A DNA stretch of 64,000 nt, taken from contig NC_043012.1 in NCBI RefSeq assembly GCF_006345805.1, positions 49,352,001 to 49,416,000 on the forward strand, read 5' to 3'. This DNA is from Octopus sinensis. Its lineage: Eukaryota. The notes under the pieces were generated by a model that worked only from the letters and a program-made list of their open reading frames with translations, had not been told where the DNA came from and ran no database searches. The position numbers were made by a program, and so were the translations under genes. Below, piece by piece: positions 25,187 through 38,765 of the stretch; positions within the stretch are counted from its first letter, which is position 1, and every line of letters begins with the position of its first letter.

Positions 25187-26360
25187 CATAGGTTGGACAA
25201 AATAATAGAAACACCTTAAAATTTCAAACAAATATGTTTTAATATGGAGTAGAACCGCCTGTGGCAGTAATTACAGCTTAAATTCTATGAGATATGGACT
25301 CGTACAAAGTTTGAATTATTTCCAAAGGATTTTTGTTCATTCTTCAGCTAAAACAGCCTCCAGTTCTTGTAGTAACGATGGTGGAGGTATCGACTTCTTA
25401 CTTGTTTTTCTAAAATGCACTATAAATTTTCAATAATATTGAGATCTGGGGACTGTGTTGGCCAGATAAGATTTTCAACTTCAATAGAATTTGTGCCATT
25501 TATCTGTGTGAATTGGCGCATTATCATCCTGAAAGATGGAATTTCCCTCCGGAAACAGCTCCACAACCATAGGATGAATTTGATCAGATAAAATGCTTAA
25601 ATAGTCTTCACTATTAATTCTGCTATGAAGGGAAACTATTGGGCCAGCGGATTTTCAAGATATAGCCCCATAGATAATCACAGATCTTCTTCCATGTTTA
25701 GCAGTTGGAAGAAAGCAGTCTGGATCAAATGCTTCTTTTGGCTGTCTCTACACGAATACTCGATCTGTGGTTGGAAATAAAGAGAAGGATGACTCGTTCG
25801 AGAAAATAACATTCTTCCACTTCGCTAGGGACCAATTCCGTAAGCTTTTACTCCACACTAAACACTTCACAACATTTGTTTTTGAAAGTAGTGGTTTTCT
25901 GATTGCAGCCCTCCCGTGAAGTCCGGCTTTGTACAGCTCCCAGAGAACAGTTTTTATGGAAACTGGGTTCTCGAGGTAGTCCTTAAGCTCTGCAGTAGTT
26001 TTGGGAGCTGTACTTTTGTGATCCTTTCTAACAATTCGCGTAAGAGTCCGACGGTCCTATCTGAAAGTTTTGGTTTTCTTCCGGAGTTTTGTTTCAATGA
26101 GGAGGTTTTCCTCTCTTTCTCAAATGCTGTCATTACTTTCCAGCACCAACAATCTGACCTCTTTGAAAGTCCGATAGATATGAATTTTAATGAATTTTAA
26201 TTCCCTATTTCTGATGATATCTGAAAAGAAACAGCAATTTTAGCAAAACATATTAAGCAACACTAATAATAAATCAAAAAACATAAAAATAAACAAGCTT
26301 TTGACGGGTTTATAAATATTTCATAATTATAATGCTATGATGCTGGTATTTCCATTATAT
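25187..26360 (-). mobile_element. Decayed Tc1-like (DD34E) transposon
   Basis: Reverse translation SGRKPKLS..LTRIVRKDH..GLHGRAAIRKPLL..WKNVIFSNESSF..IFQDDNAPIH..QSPDLNIIENL..GGSTPY*; TIR cataggttggacaaaataatagaaacacc after TA at 25187, partial partner near 26345. Confidence 0.92.
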
Positions 26361-26394
26361 GAGTGTGTGTGTGGGTGTGTGTTTATGTTTAAAT

Positions 26395-26424
26395 ATGTAT
26401 GTATGTATTATGTATGTATGTATG

Positions 26425-26480
<56 letters not shown>

Positions 26481-26505
26481 ATATATATAGTATATATATA
26501 TTATC

Positions 26506-26560
<55 letters not shown>

Positions 26561-27171
26561 TACAAGGACATACACACACATATACATATATGTACGCACA
26601 CACATAGAGGAAAATAGTGGATAGATAGATGGAGAGAAAGGGAGACGGAGAGAAGCAGATAAATAAATAGACTAAATGTGCCGAGGGAATCTCTCGACTT
26701 GATCAGTAACCAGATTAGATAATTCTTAAGATCTTGATTTTAGGTAAGCAAAACTTTTCTGAACGAATTGTAATTTGTCTTTTAATTTGGAAAAGAAATC
26801 TAGTCCAATGCAATTAGCAATTGCAGTTGCTGAGATAATTTCAAGAAATAAAGAAGTAATTACTCGGAAAATTTAATGATTATATGTAGTTAGTAAAACC
26901 ATTTTGATGTTTCTTAGCAGGAAAAATGGGAGCAACGGAAATGATTTGCTTTTGTTAGACCTGAAAGTAATAGGTATATCTGGGAAAGTGAACAACTAGA
27001 AAACGACTCTTAATTCGCAAGTCCCCTTTTAAATTATCTTATGTTCTCTCCGTTATCAGAAAAAAAATTATGATGTCGAAGACACTTTCTCCTTATCACT
27101 GGTGAATGAATTAAATTATGTTTCGACTTACTTTCACTTTGATATCTATCTATCTATCTATCTATCTATCT

Positions 27172-27227
<56 letters not shown>
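26395..27227. repeat. (TA)n field (26395-26600) and (TATC)n (27143-27227)
   Basis: Direct reading. Confidence 0.85.
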
Positions 27228-27228
<1 letters not shown>

Positions 27229-27319
27229 GCCCATTACCTTCCGAACGACAACACGTGCTTATACTGTCTCCTCTCATAAGCTCATCTTCCTAGCGTTCAT
27301 GATAATTTTTCAATCGTCT

Positions 27320-27650
27320 TGGTTTAACAGCCCTCACCGTTTGTTTTTACCGTTTTGTTCTCACTGTCCTGTTCTTGTTACCACTTTCATCCTCCACAAA
27401 AAATCCCAAATTATATTTAATTTGCTTTGCGAGAAGGACTGTTTCAACGAAGTCGCGTATTATCCTTGCCTTCGAACGCGGATTAGATGAAACAGGCATA
27501 ACTGATGAAGGGGAATATTCTTTATGTTGCATGTCTCGTTTCTTTGCTTGTGTTTTACGTTGTTCCAAAAATATTTCGTTTCTTTGTTTTTGTCTTTATG
27601 TTTTCGTTTCTCATTTTGTTCAACGTTTTTTTATGTCTTGTACCATATAT
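27320..27650 (+). mobile_element. Unclassified dispersed repeat, copy 1 (microsatellite-embedded)
   Basis: Homologous along its length to the reverse complement of 33858-34195. Confidence 0.8.
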
Positions 27651-27720
27651 GCATGTATTATACATATATATGTAGGTATGTACATATGGTGTAGATATAT
27701 GCATATATATTATATATATA

Positions 27721-27767
<47 letters not shown>

Positions 27768-28627
27768 CTTGTGTCGGTTTATGTATGTATGTACGCATGT
27801 ATGTATATATATATATGTATACCCACACATACACACACAACACACACACCATACACACACATATATGTATATGGCTAATGAGAGATTGAAGAAGGAAGAT
27901 ACAAGAAATTTTATTAATCACTACGATTGTTTCGACCCATCTGGCATATACATGTCAACACGTTCTGGTGTTTGAGATTTTGTAATTTACTCATTTGGAG
28001 TTGATTCCATTTGCAACCGGACATCTTTTAAACATTTATAGAAGCAGAGATATTTTCAAGAAAACAAGTTTGTTTACTTGTATAGTATTTAATATGCATC
28101 AAGTCGTTAGGACACTGGCCACTCTGAATTGTTTCATCCAACACTTCTTAATTCGGCTCTGATGAATGAATTAATTTCCGCTTGTCCAAGCATTTCTCAC
28201 ATCATTGAATATACCATTTACTGTTGTAATATACGGACAACAAGTTCATGGTGGCTCAGAAAAAAGACTTGGTATCCGGTGCTGATGATGCACAACCACT
28301 CAAAAACGCATGTCTTGTTGTCCAGTGATGTCATTCATAGCAAGATGGTGGGTATTTCTTCCTACACAAAATGTCTATAATAAGAATGTTTTCTCTGGAG
28401 ACAGTTTCTGCGATGTATGTCTTTCTCTCTCCAAGTATACGCGAACATTTTAAGTATGACTGCACTCACCTATGTAATGATATAATATAATGTAACATAT
28501 ATATCATATTTGCAAATTTATATACGTATATGCAGACACACATACACAAATACACGCACGTACATATATATTGATTGATAGATTATGTGTATGTATACAT
28601 ATGTATATATAATGTATATATGTTTTT

Positions 28628-28695
<68 letters not shown>

Positions 28696-29894
28696 ATATA
28701 TATTATATATTGTGTGTGTATGTATGTATGTATACAAATCAAACACACTACACGTAGTATTTTCCATCTATATGTTACAGCTTAAAGTAAGCAGTCAGTT
28801 TATTGTCGCCTTGTCTTCTACTCACATATAATACAAATGTCTGGTCACTATTGCCAAATTTTTGAAATTGTTCTTCCGCTGCATCTTTTAATGTCTTTTC
28901 ATGCCGATCCCCCGAGAAACAAATTCATGAATCTGAAATTTTCATTTTTACCAATATCCAATATATATTATCGTAGATTTAATTTATTATCTTCAAGGCG
29001 TCTATAGGAAATTAGTAATTTTTATAAATGTTCTAATCCTAATCAGTCAAAGTACCAAATATTGGAATGTCAATCAATCATTGTGGATGAAGTAATTATT
29101 TTTCGTCTGATAATGTTCAGCCAGTGGCAACTTTAAACGTCTATTTTAAAGTTTCTGAGCAAGCATTTATTTCTCCCTCCCGCCACTTATTATAAATACA
29201 TAGACCTGTTATATCTGTGGACAGTGTCTCATCCCTTGAAGGCGATCGGAATGTTTAGTCAATTTCCTGTGCTTCAGTTGATATTACGAATACCTAAACT
29301 TTTCAACGATGCCAACATCCCACCTCACGGCTAGTAGCTCTGACAACCTTATACTTGAAGATTTTTCTAGTGGTCTGACTAGATACATACATACATATAT
29401 ACAAACGCTATTTTACGCACATAAAGATACAGACACATTTAGTATATATTTAGTTATACAGAATAATGCCAACGCACACAGATTTATACATATGTGTGAG
29501 TAGTTAGAAATATTCGCAAGTCACACACGAAGACATGAGCTCTCGACTTTGAAGAAGAAATATGTGCCCAAGCATATACGCGCACACTCATACGTAGGCC
29601 ACATGTATTTATATGTGCATGTGCGTGTGTGCGCGCATTTGTGTGTGCATGTGTGTGAGAAAGAGAGAGTGTGTGTCTGTGAGTGTGCTTTATGAAATCG
29701 TCATATTTTTCAGTTTTTTTCTTTTTTTTAAAATGCACAATGATTGTGACTATTATTACCTCTTTGGTCTCTAATGATTTAATTGTTAGTAAGAAGTTCT
29801 GTTCATGATTTTGGACTTCTGTTTTCATTGTTTCTTAATTATTGGTTTAGCTTCTGTCATGTTTTCTGTTTTTGTATATTCTTTTCTACTCTAA

Positions 29895-30030
29895 ACCCAA
29901 GGCCCGAAATTTTGGGGGAGGGGACCAGCCGATTAGATCGACCCCAGTGCGTAACAGGTACTTAATTTATCGAGCCCGAAAGAATGAAAGGTTAAGTCGA
30001 CCTCGGCGGAATTTGAACTCACAACGTCAA
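29895..30030 (-). mobile_element. SINE family A (tail variant 2), partial
   Basis: caaggcccgaaattttggggg..atcgaccccagtgcg..gtcgacctcggcggaatttgaactc. Confidence 0.85.
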
Positions 30031-31260
30031 TCATTTTTGTATATATGTGTGTATGAGAGACTTTCTCTATCGTATGGGGAGTGCGCGCGCGTACGAATGT
30101 AAGAACTGCTCTGATTGTGTGTGCTGGTGGATGAGGCTGCAAGACCTGATGAAGTGAAATGTGATAGTAGATATGTTAGTATATGTATTGAAGTATATGT
30201 CCGGATGTGGCTGTCGTGTTGCTTCTTTTATGCTGTAATGCTTTTATCCGTCATCTTCAGACAACAATTATAACAGTAAGCAGTTTCATTGACCTCGAAA
30301 CATCTTGCAGTTTCCAATTAATTAGTTTGAGAGGCATTATAAAATCACTACAGCTTCAGTGCAAGGATACTGCCATGTTCTTCAGTTCTCCACGCCAGTA
30401 CGCTCGTATTAGGTCAGGAACAAATAGCACTTATCATCTTGCTGCCGTTAACATTAACAGTAGTGATATAATAAGAATCTAATCAATTCTCTAACACGAT
30501 ATTTGATTTGACTTTCCGTTTGATAAAAGCTCACTCAAAGTGATTTGAGCTTCCTCAAGGTCAAAATTGCGTTGCTGGACAGATCTGGGATACTTATGCC
30601 CAACTAATGACATATTTGTCAGGAAACACACCTCCAGGTTTTACGTGAGATGCGATGAATTTGAAAAACAGATTTTCTTTTAACATTATGTTATAAAAAT
30701 CTTATTCATAAACATTCACCTGAAACTAAACTACGCATACACATGTCAGTGACAGTGAAATTACAAAATTATTAACGAAATTAATATTTCAAAAAGCCGG
30801 ACTGAAAAGTTTCAGCATCGCTGACATATGAAGAGTTATTACGCATTGAATGCATTTTATCCCACCACAAATCGCCCAGTTGACTTAATCAGGATATCAT
30901 ATAAAATTTAGTTTTATTTCTAATAATGTTTTTTACATCTTATCTAGGAATGAAAAGCAGCATTTATGAACTCCAGAAACAGTATTGCACAATATTTTTC
31001 TGCATAAAGTCAACTAAGATATAAAATAAACATCAAGAGATAAAATATGGTAACGAAAGAATGTGAAAGGCAGTTGTTGAGGGTGATTGGTCGTTGTTTG
31101 TCTGAAGCCAACTTATTCAGAGGAGCAATTTTCTTGGAAGGAACGTGGTTTCATATAATGCATTAGGTCATCGAATGAACCTCTGTGCAGTCGTTAGATC
31201 TGTTAGATAGAGTAGTCAAGATTCTCTGAAATCAAATACTCGTCTCTTAAAGGGAAGATA

Positions 31261-31654
31261 CACTCTTTTACTATTTTACTTGTTTCGGCCATTTGACTGC
31301 GGCCATGCTGGAGCACCGCCTTTAGTCGAGCAAGTCGACACCAGAACTTGTTCTTTGTAAGCCTAGTACTTATTCTATCGGTCTCTTTTGCTGAACCGCT
31401 AAGTTACGGGGATATAAACACACCAGTATCGGTTGTAAAGCGATGGTGGGGAGACAAACACAGACACAACCCCCCCATATATATATATATATGACAGGCT
31501 TCTTTCAGTTTCCATCTACCAAATCCACTAACAAGGCTTTGGTCGGCCCGAGGCTATAGTAGCAGACACTCGCCCAAAGTGACACGCAGAAGGACTGAAC
31601 CCGGAACCATGTGGTTGGTTAGCAAGCTACTTACCACACAGCCACTCCTGTGCC
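31261..31654 (-). mobile_element. SINE family B, full length
   Basis: Complete head-to-tail match to the 15071-15520 copy. Confidence 0.93.
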
Positions 31655-31793
31655 CAAACTGAAAAAATATACATTCATATACACTAAGTTAGAAAACAAG
31701 CTGTTATGGCTGTTGCCTATTTACATGAAGGGAACTATTTTAAGGCAAAAGCCATCATCCCAACACATATACATAGATATTTAAGTAAAACTC

Positions 31794-31836
<43 letters not shown>

Positions 31837-31859
31837 AGGAGAAAGAGAGAGAAGGTACA

Positions 31860-32015
31860 TAACCTAAGTGTCAGGGTGTTGCACTCATAATCGCAAGATC
31901 GTGGTTTCGTAGACCAGACCGGCGACGCGCTGTGTTCTTGAGCAGGACGTTTCCTTTCACGGTACCCAAGTACACTCAGTTGTCAATGAATAGTCCTGCG
32001 ACTACTGGCATTCCC
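31860..32015 (+). mobile_element. Degenerate SINE family D-like fragment
   Basis: ctaagtgtcagggtgttgcactcataatcgcaagatcgtggtttcg head; tgtgttcttgagcaggac..tttcacg..cactcagttgtcaatga core. Confidence 0.6.
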
Positions 32016-32210
32016 TTAAGGGTGAGGTGCTAGCCTTCCTGTGTAGACAATAGCTTTGTCCCATTCAAAGTGCCAGAACACTGCAGTGAAATACTTTTTG
32101 ACCAGCAGTAGCTGATTTGTCTTGTCGGTACAATGATATATCGATAAATACATCTGACAATATATATGTACACACACACACAACCATACACACACACACG
32201 AATACACACA

Positions 32211-32250
<40 letters not shown>

Positions 32251-32845
32251 TACACACACACACTCACACGCTCTCACGTATATTCTTAAACAGAGACTCT
32301 CGTACACATATACACACGTAGACAAATTAACTTACTCACATGGACGCATCGTGGCCAAAGGGTTTAAAAGATTACTTCACATTCAATGAGTTCCCTACTT
32401 CGGTACTACAGTGTATCATCTTGGACAAATAAATTTTACCAAGTTTTTTGAACGACGCCGTTTTTCTGCTTAAAATTGGAAACCCGGCAACCCGTCGAAT
32501 GGGTTACAATTGTAACTCTGAATTCCATTCTTGTGACATCTTGTATTGCACTCTTGTATTATATTCTGCTTGAAAATAATCCCGAGCACACGTCGGCATG
32601 TTGAATATTCATATGATTTAGACGCTTATATGATGAGCGGATATTCAAATAAATAAATCAAACCACTGGATAGTCATCGTCGAAATCGACGATGATCCAT
32701 TTACTTTTTTTTATTTATATAGAAGTGTGTGTTTGCATGACTGTGAGTATGTGAATGTGTTTGTTTCTGTGTGTCTGGGTATGTGTGTATGTGCGTGTGT
32801 GTATATGTAGGTATTCATATATATGTATATATATGAGTGTATAAA

Positions 32846-32886
<41 letters not shown>

Positions 32887-33608
32887 ACATATACATATCT
32901 GTGTGTGTGTGTACATGGGTTAATGTATCTTTCTTTTTCCTGTTCTTTTCTCTCTCTCTCTTTCTCACTCTACGCATACACAAGCTCACGGACACACATA
33001 CAGACGTTTAAGTTATTTTGTCATTCATACAAATGCCTCAGTGGTAGGAACATTGCAATGATACGCTGTATTAAATATTTTCCATATGTGTTTGACGTTC
33101 ATCATAACACAGAACTATCTGCTGAATGTATGCTGACTAGAACATTTCCGAAACTAATTCCTGAGATTTGACGGCAAGAATTTGCTTTTCAGTATCACAC
33201 TTGGACAAATGACTCTCCGAAGTCTAAATTTCATACACTTCCTCTACTGGATGTGTTACAGAAGAAATCTACGTAAATAGTAATATATCACATTTTCCTG
33301 TCCCTCTCTGTCTTCACTCTCTCTTTCTTTCTATATCATCCTCACATTTCCTTATTTTCCATCTCACACACCTTCTCTCGCTCTCTCTAACTCTCTGTCA
33401 GTATATATATATATGCGAATAAATTCTTCGTCCCACATTTTCATTCTAGCTCTCTCTCTCTCTCTCTCACCTACTCCCTCAGTCACACTCTGCTGCACAC
33501 GAATAAACACAAAGAGACAAATGTATAAACATGTATATAAATGTAAAATAAGTCCATTATATAATATATATATATATATTATATATATATATATATATAT
33601 GTGTGTTG

Positions 33609-33643
<35 letters not shown>

Positions 33644-33857
33644 TTACTGCGTGTGTGATTATTGCGTGTTTTAGCATGTGCATGCTTAGAAGTCTGTGGA
33701 AATATATACGTATGCATGTATGTGTCTATGTGCTTACATGCGTATGTGATGGGTCTATATATATATAAATATATATAATATAAATAATATATAAATATAT
33801 GCATATATACATACAAATATGTACATACATGTATATGTATATATACATGCATATATG

Positions 33858-34195
33858 GGTACAGGACATCAAAAGAAACGTTGAACACAATGAGAAGCGA
33901 AGACATAAAAACAAAAACATAGAAAAGAACTGTTTTTTGAACGACGAACAAAAACAAACAAAGAAACGAGACATACAAATTAAAGAATATTACCCTTCTT
34001 CAGTTGTCCCTGTTTCATCTACTCCGCGTTACGAGGGCAAGGACAAGACGCAACTCCGTTGAAACAATCCTTCCCGCAAAGAAAATTGAATAAAATTAGG
34101 GATTTTTTGCGGAGGGTGAAAATGGTAAGAAGAACAGGACAGTGAGAGCAAAACAGTAAAAACAAACAGTGAGATCTGTTAAGCCAAGACGATAA
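33858..34195 (-). mobile_element. Unclassified dispersed repeat, copy 2
   Basis: Inverted homologue of 27320-27650. Confidence 0.8.
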
Positions 34196-34206
34196 TAATA
34201 TATATA

Positions 34207-34271
<65 letters not shown>

Positions 34272-34298
34272 ATATATATATATATATATGTATATATA

Positions 34299-34366
<68 letters not shown>

Positions 34367-34639
34367 ATATATATATATAAAATTAATTAAGGGTAGAATT
34401 GATATTTATCAATTAAAACCAGTGGTCTAGCATATTAAAAAAGAATCCGAAGATTAAAATATTTATATATACCAATTAAGGACTGAACACGAAATGTGGA
34501 CAGTCAAGATGTTAGATATAGACGTCAAATCGCCATTCTCCACAAAGATTATGTTCTCAAATCAAACTCACCACAAAACCAATGCAATAAACAAGTGAAA
34601 ATATACGAAATAAAATAATTACCCATGTACTGATCAGTT

Positions 34640-35005
34640 TCGGTTATTATTATCCGCTGCTTTGGTCAAGTGTCTTCTCGGCCCGGCGAAAGCGTTGTGA
34701 GTGGATTTGGAAGAGAGAAACTGAAAGAAGCCCCACGTACACACACATGTGTCTGTGCGTGACTGTATGTGTGTGCGTGTGTGTGTGTGTGTATGTATGT
34801 GTGTGTGTATTTGTGTCTGCGCTTGTCCCGCATAATCGCTTTTCAACTGGTGTTGCTTTGTTTACATCCACGTAACATAGCGACGCGGTAAAAAGTATCG
34901 GGCTTAAAAGAAAAAAAAAAACAGGTAATGGCATCGTTTCAGAGACTAAAAGTTCCTGAAGGCAATGCTCGGCATGGCTGCAGTCCAATGACTGAAATTT
35001 TAAAC
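34640..35005 (+). mobile_element. Degenerate SINE family B
   Basis: ttggtcaagtgtcttct, gtgagtggatttgg..gaaactgaaagaagcc, gcatggctgcagtccaatgactgaaa. Confidence 0.75.
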
Positions 35006-35479
35006 GACAGATGAATATCAGCGATGAAACTCAGGGGCAACTGTTGAATTTCAACGTAGTACTTATACAGATACGAAGATTTTGTACTTCTGAATTTGCT
35101 AACTTCTTGTAGTCTCTACACAGCGCCTGACGATCTACCCTTCCCATTCTTTTCATCACAGTAACAGTGTCTCGCATTCCATAATACTTATTTTCAAGAA
35201 CAAGAATTATTTGGAATTATCTCCCTGTATAAGCGTTGTCTGCAAGCACTGACCTACATCTATTCAGATTGTTCAAGTCAAATATTAATATTCATTGTGA
35301 GAAATGATTGAACATCTTCTCTTTAACACTTGATCCAGTCTCCACGACAGTGAGAGGTGAAGGGCATTCATTCAACTTCAACATACACAGGATCAAATGT
35401 CCACAAATATATCTTTGGGTTTCATCTCAATTTAATTTGTATTTAGTATATTATAAACAGTGCATCATCATCATTATTA

Positions 35480-35605
35480 TCATCCGAAAGGATGAAAGTC
35501 AAAGTCAACCTCGGCGGAACTTGAACTCAAAACCTGAAGACGGACGAAATGCCGCTTAGAGTTTTGGCCGACATGCTAACAGTTCCGCTATCTCGCTGCC
35601 TTAAA
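35480..35605 (-). mobile_element. SINE family A, partial
   Basis: ccgaaaggatgaaagtcaaagtcaacctcggcggaacttgaactc..ctcgctgcctt. Confidence 0.8.
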
Positions 35606-35803
35606 GCTATTTATGATAGTGAAATTCAGGAAGAGCGTACTTGTGAGGATTGAAGGAATGGCGTAGGAAATGTATGATGGTCACGGCTAGAATGCATTAA
35701 ATTGTAAGCATGTTCCCTCATGAATGTACTGAGATTAGATATCAACAATAAGGGCAGCAATAACAACTAATAATTATTTTTAAAAACGCTCAGATTTGAT
35801 AAA

Positions 35804-36700
35804 TATGAGGTTTGATCAGGACTGTCCCCATAGTAACGAAACTAAAGTACGCAGCATAAATTCGCTAGGCATAAATTGACCTTGGACTCACCTTGGATAC
35901 TGCTGTGCATGTGCACTAAGCGTTAACGTTCTGGCACACTTCTGCTGTTTACAGCAGTGTTTGCAAGGAAGGTGTGTTGCGTGTGATTGTCGCATTGACC
36001 ACGACAGAGAAAGTTGTCATGGCGATATCTAGTCAGAGGCCTACGCAAAGCTGCGGCAAGTGTATACAGAGGAATGTATGAACCGCACACAGGTGTAAGA
36101 GTGGTTCAGACGTTTCCAAGATGGCCAAGACAATGTCGATATTGACGAATGTTCTGGGAGACCCGCAACAAGCATAGCTGAGAAAAACATTGCAGATGTG
36201 CGAGCAGCTGTGAGGGAAAATCGTCGAATCATCATCCGTGGGTGATCAAAGGATGTGCAGATTAGTTACAGTTCATTTCTGCTCATTATCACTGAATATA
36301 TTGGTATAAGATGCGTGTCTGCCAAGTTTGTGCCAAAACTGCTTTCAACTGACCAAGAAAGCACTCGGGTTTGAGTTGCACAAGATCTCCTTGATTGACT
36401 CTAGAATAATGAAAACGTTTCGAAAACTTTGCATAGGCCTCTGAGCAGGTATCATCAAGCTTTTGGCAAGGTTTGAAGCAGATTCTCTGCTCAACTGTCT
36501 CTGTCATGTTCAATGCGACGATCACACGCTACACCCCTGTCTTCCAAGCCCTGTAAACAGCAGAAGTGAGCTAGAACGTTAAAACTTAATGCACATGCGC
36601 AGCAAAGATCAAAGTCAATCTGTACCCAGCGACTTTACTCTGCGTGCTTTAGGTTTGTTACTATGGCAATAATCTGAATACTTATTAATCAGACATTGTA
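35804..36700. mobile_element. Fold-back mariner derivative with two 5' ends, copy 1
   Basis: Left arm plus N-terminal transposase on + (EWFRRFQDG..SGRP..RENRRI..SAKFVPKLL); right arm is the 5' end on - (MTETVEQRICFKPCQKL). Confidence 0.88.
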
Positions 36701-37734
36701 TGCAGATTTAATGATTCTTTGAGATCGTAGTTTCTACAGATATTCTGCTAGTTATTTTGTTTTGAGCGCTAGCGAAACTCTCACTGCGTAGAGCTAAAAT
36801 AGAATCTGTTGCAGCCATGATGATCCCTATCTGAACTTTTGATGTCCAGAGAAACATTGAATTTTCCCCTTCTATTCACTCCGTTTATATTTTGAGGGAA
36901 ATTTGGCTGGTATATCTAAGTGTTCGATTGGACAAGGAGAAGCTCTTTCATTGACACACGCAACTGGTATGGTTTTAAAAAGGGGCATCCTGATTGGAGA
37001 GTTCTCTAGTCAAAGGGTTTCTTGGAAGGACCTTCCTGCAGTTTAAGGCTATCTAAGTCGAGTAAGTTACTGCCTTATACAAGATTTTGGTTTGTGATTT
37101 AACGTAAATATCTAACAATCTGAGCTATAACGTAGATATTTTCTCATTTTGATATTTATAGCAGCTGACGATGAAGATGACAAAGACGGGAAGCAGAACG
37201 TTGATGATGAGGATGATGTTTATCATAGTACTGTATATTGTAAAAGAGACATTGAGATTAAATCCAAAGTCAACATTTGTGGGATTTGAACTTAGAAGAA
37301 TAATGTAACAGACTAGCTAATATATTTCCTTCAGTAACCGCGATTGTACTACCATCCAAGCATAAAGAAATATAGAAGACGTTAATCGAAGCAACAACAA
37401 AAACAAAATAAAAAAATAATAATCTGTTTTTAGTAATGTCAAACTGAGAAAGTTTATATTTTGCGTGACAACCAGATTTCAACTTTAGAAGTAGTTCCAA
37501 GCTAATTCGATAGCTAAAGCAGCCATTCCTAGATGGCAAAGAAAACCTGATCGGTTTTGTGCCAATTTTCAATATACACCTGACACTTATTGAAGAAACC
37601 TCTCTGAGCTGTTGCGTTTTAGATGATGTTATTCACAACATGATGTCCATACTCATCATAATGTTAACGTCGTTTAATTTTAGTAATTATATTGGGAGAT
37701 CACAATTTTAATTGTCTCCTAACATCATCACATG

Positions 37735-37735
37735 T

Positions 37736-37784
<49 letters not shown>

Positions 37785-37792
37785 CATACATA

Positions 37793-37853
<61 letters not shown>

Positions 37854-37873
37854 TATATATATAATATATATAA

Positions 37874-37910
<37 letters not shown>

Positions 37911-37920
37911 TAATATGCAT
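37735..37920. repeat. (TA)n microsatellite
   Basis: Direct reading. Confidence 0.95.
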
Positions 37921-38439
37921 ATATATATGCATATATACACGCACACGCATATACATACATGCACACATTTCCACTTGTGAGTACACTTGCAAACGAATAC
38001 GAAAATACAAACGCGCTAATATGTCAAAAAATAAAAAAAAGAGAAAAAAGAAAGGAACGCATTCCTATGTATATACGTATATATGCGCGTGCACACACAC
38101 ACATATATACATATGTGTATATTTACACATATATATGTATACATGCATATACATGTGTGCGCATGCCTGCTCGTGAATGTTTCATATAACGCACAAGATT
38201 TATTCCAGAAGTATCAATAATATTTTTAATAACATCGCCTCTCGGTGACACAGACTGTGTGTGAGAACGACTTCTTTTCAACTTCTACACGAATTATTCC
38301 GTATAAAATGTTATTGCAGATGAGGCTTGGTTTTTATTTGACACACGCACACAACCAGCCACCCTTGAATGATAATTAGAGATCTGTCTGCCTGTCTAAC
38401 TCTCTCTCTTTCTAGCTATCTATCTATCTGTCCATATAT

Positions 38440-38640
38440 ATATAGTTAATCCAAACATGAACAAAGAGAAAACGGAACAACACGAGGACGTGGAATAAGT
38501 ATAGTGTTATTGGACGCTCAGGAAAGGAAAGAAAGAAGGAGGTATCAGCGTTTCGAGCGGAGCTCTTCGTCAGAAATATAGAAAGAAAGAAAATGTCCAA
38601 GGCAGGGAAGACGGAGAAAGAAAATTGCCAACGATACACA
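38440..38640 (-). mobile_element. Short (TA)-tailed element carrying a hammerhead-like core (Penelope-like-associated family)
   Basis: Minus strand ctgacgaagagctccgctcgaaacg; its 3' part recurs at 51750-51830 and a related copy lies at 63400-63590. Confidence 0.6.
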
Positions 38641-38765
38641 CGCGATCACATACACACACATACTAGCTTAAAAGCCGACCGATTTTCATTGGGCCTTGAT
38701 TGTCATGTTCATTGGGCTCTTCATTGGGCCTTGAGCCCAATAATGACACTTAATGCAGTGAGTAC

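Noticed and set aside
28275-28320. CTGATGA...AAAACGCATGTC hammerhead-like string
   Set aside because: G12 is missing and there is no stem I pairing
30245-30300. Type II hammerhead-like arrangement on the minus strand
   Set aside because: Stems I and II need bulges and wobble pairs; not distinguishable from chance
32675-32696. 10-bp hairpin tcatcgtcga-aa-tcgacgatga
   Set aside because: Isolated, with no supporting context or CTRR end
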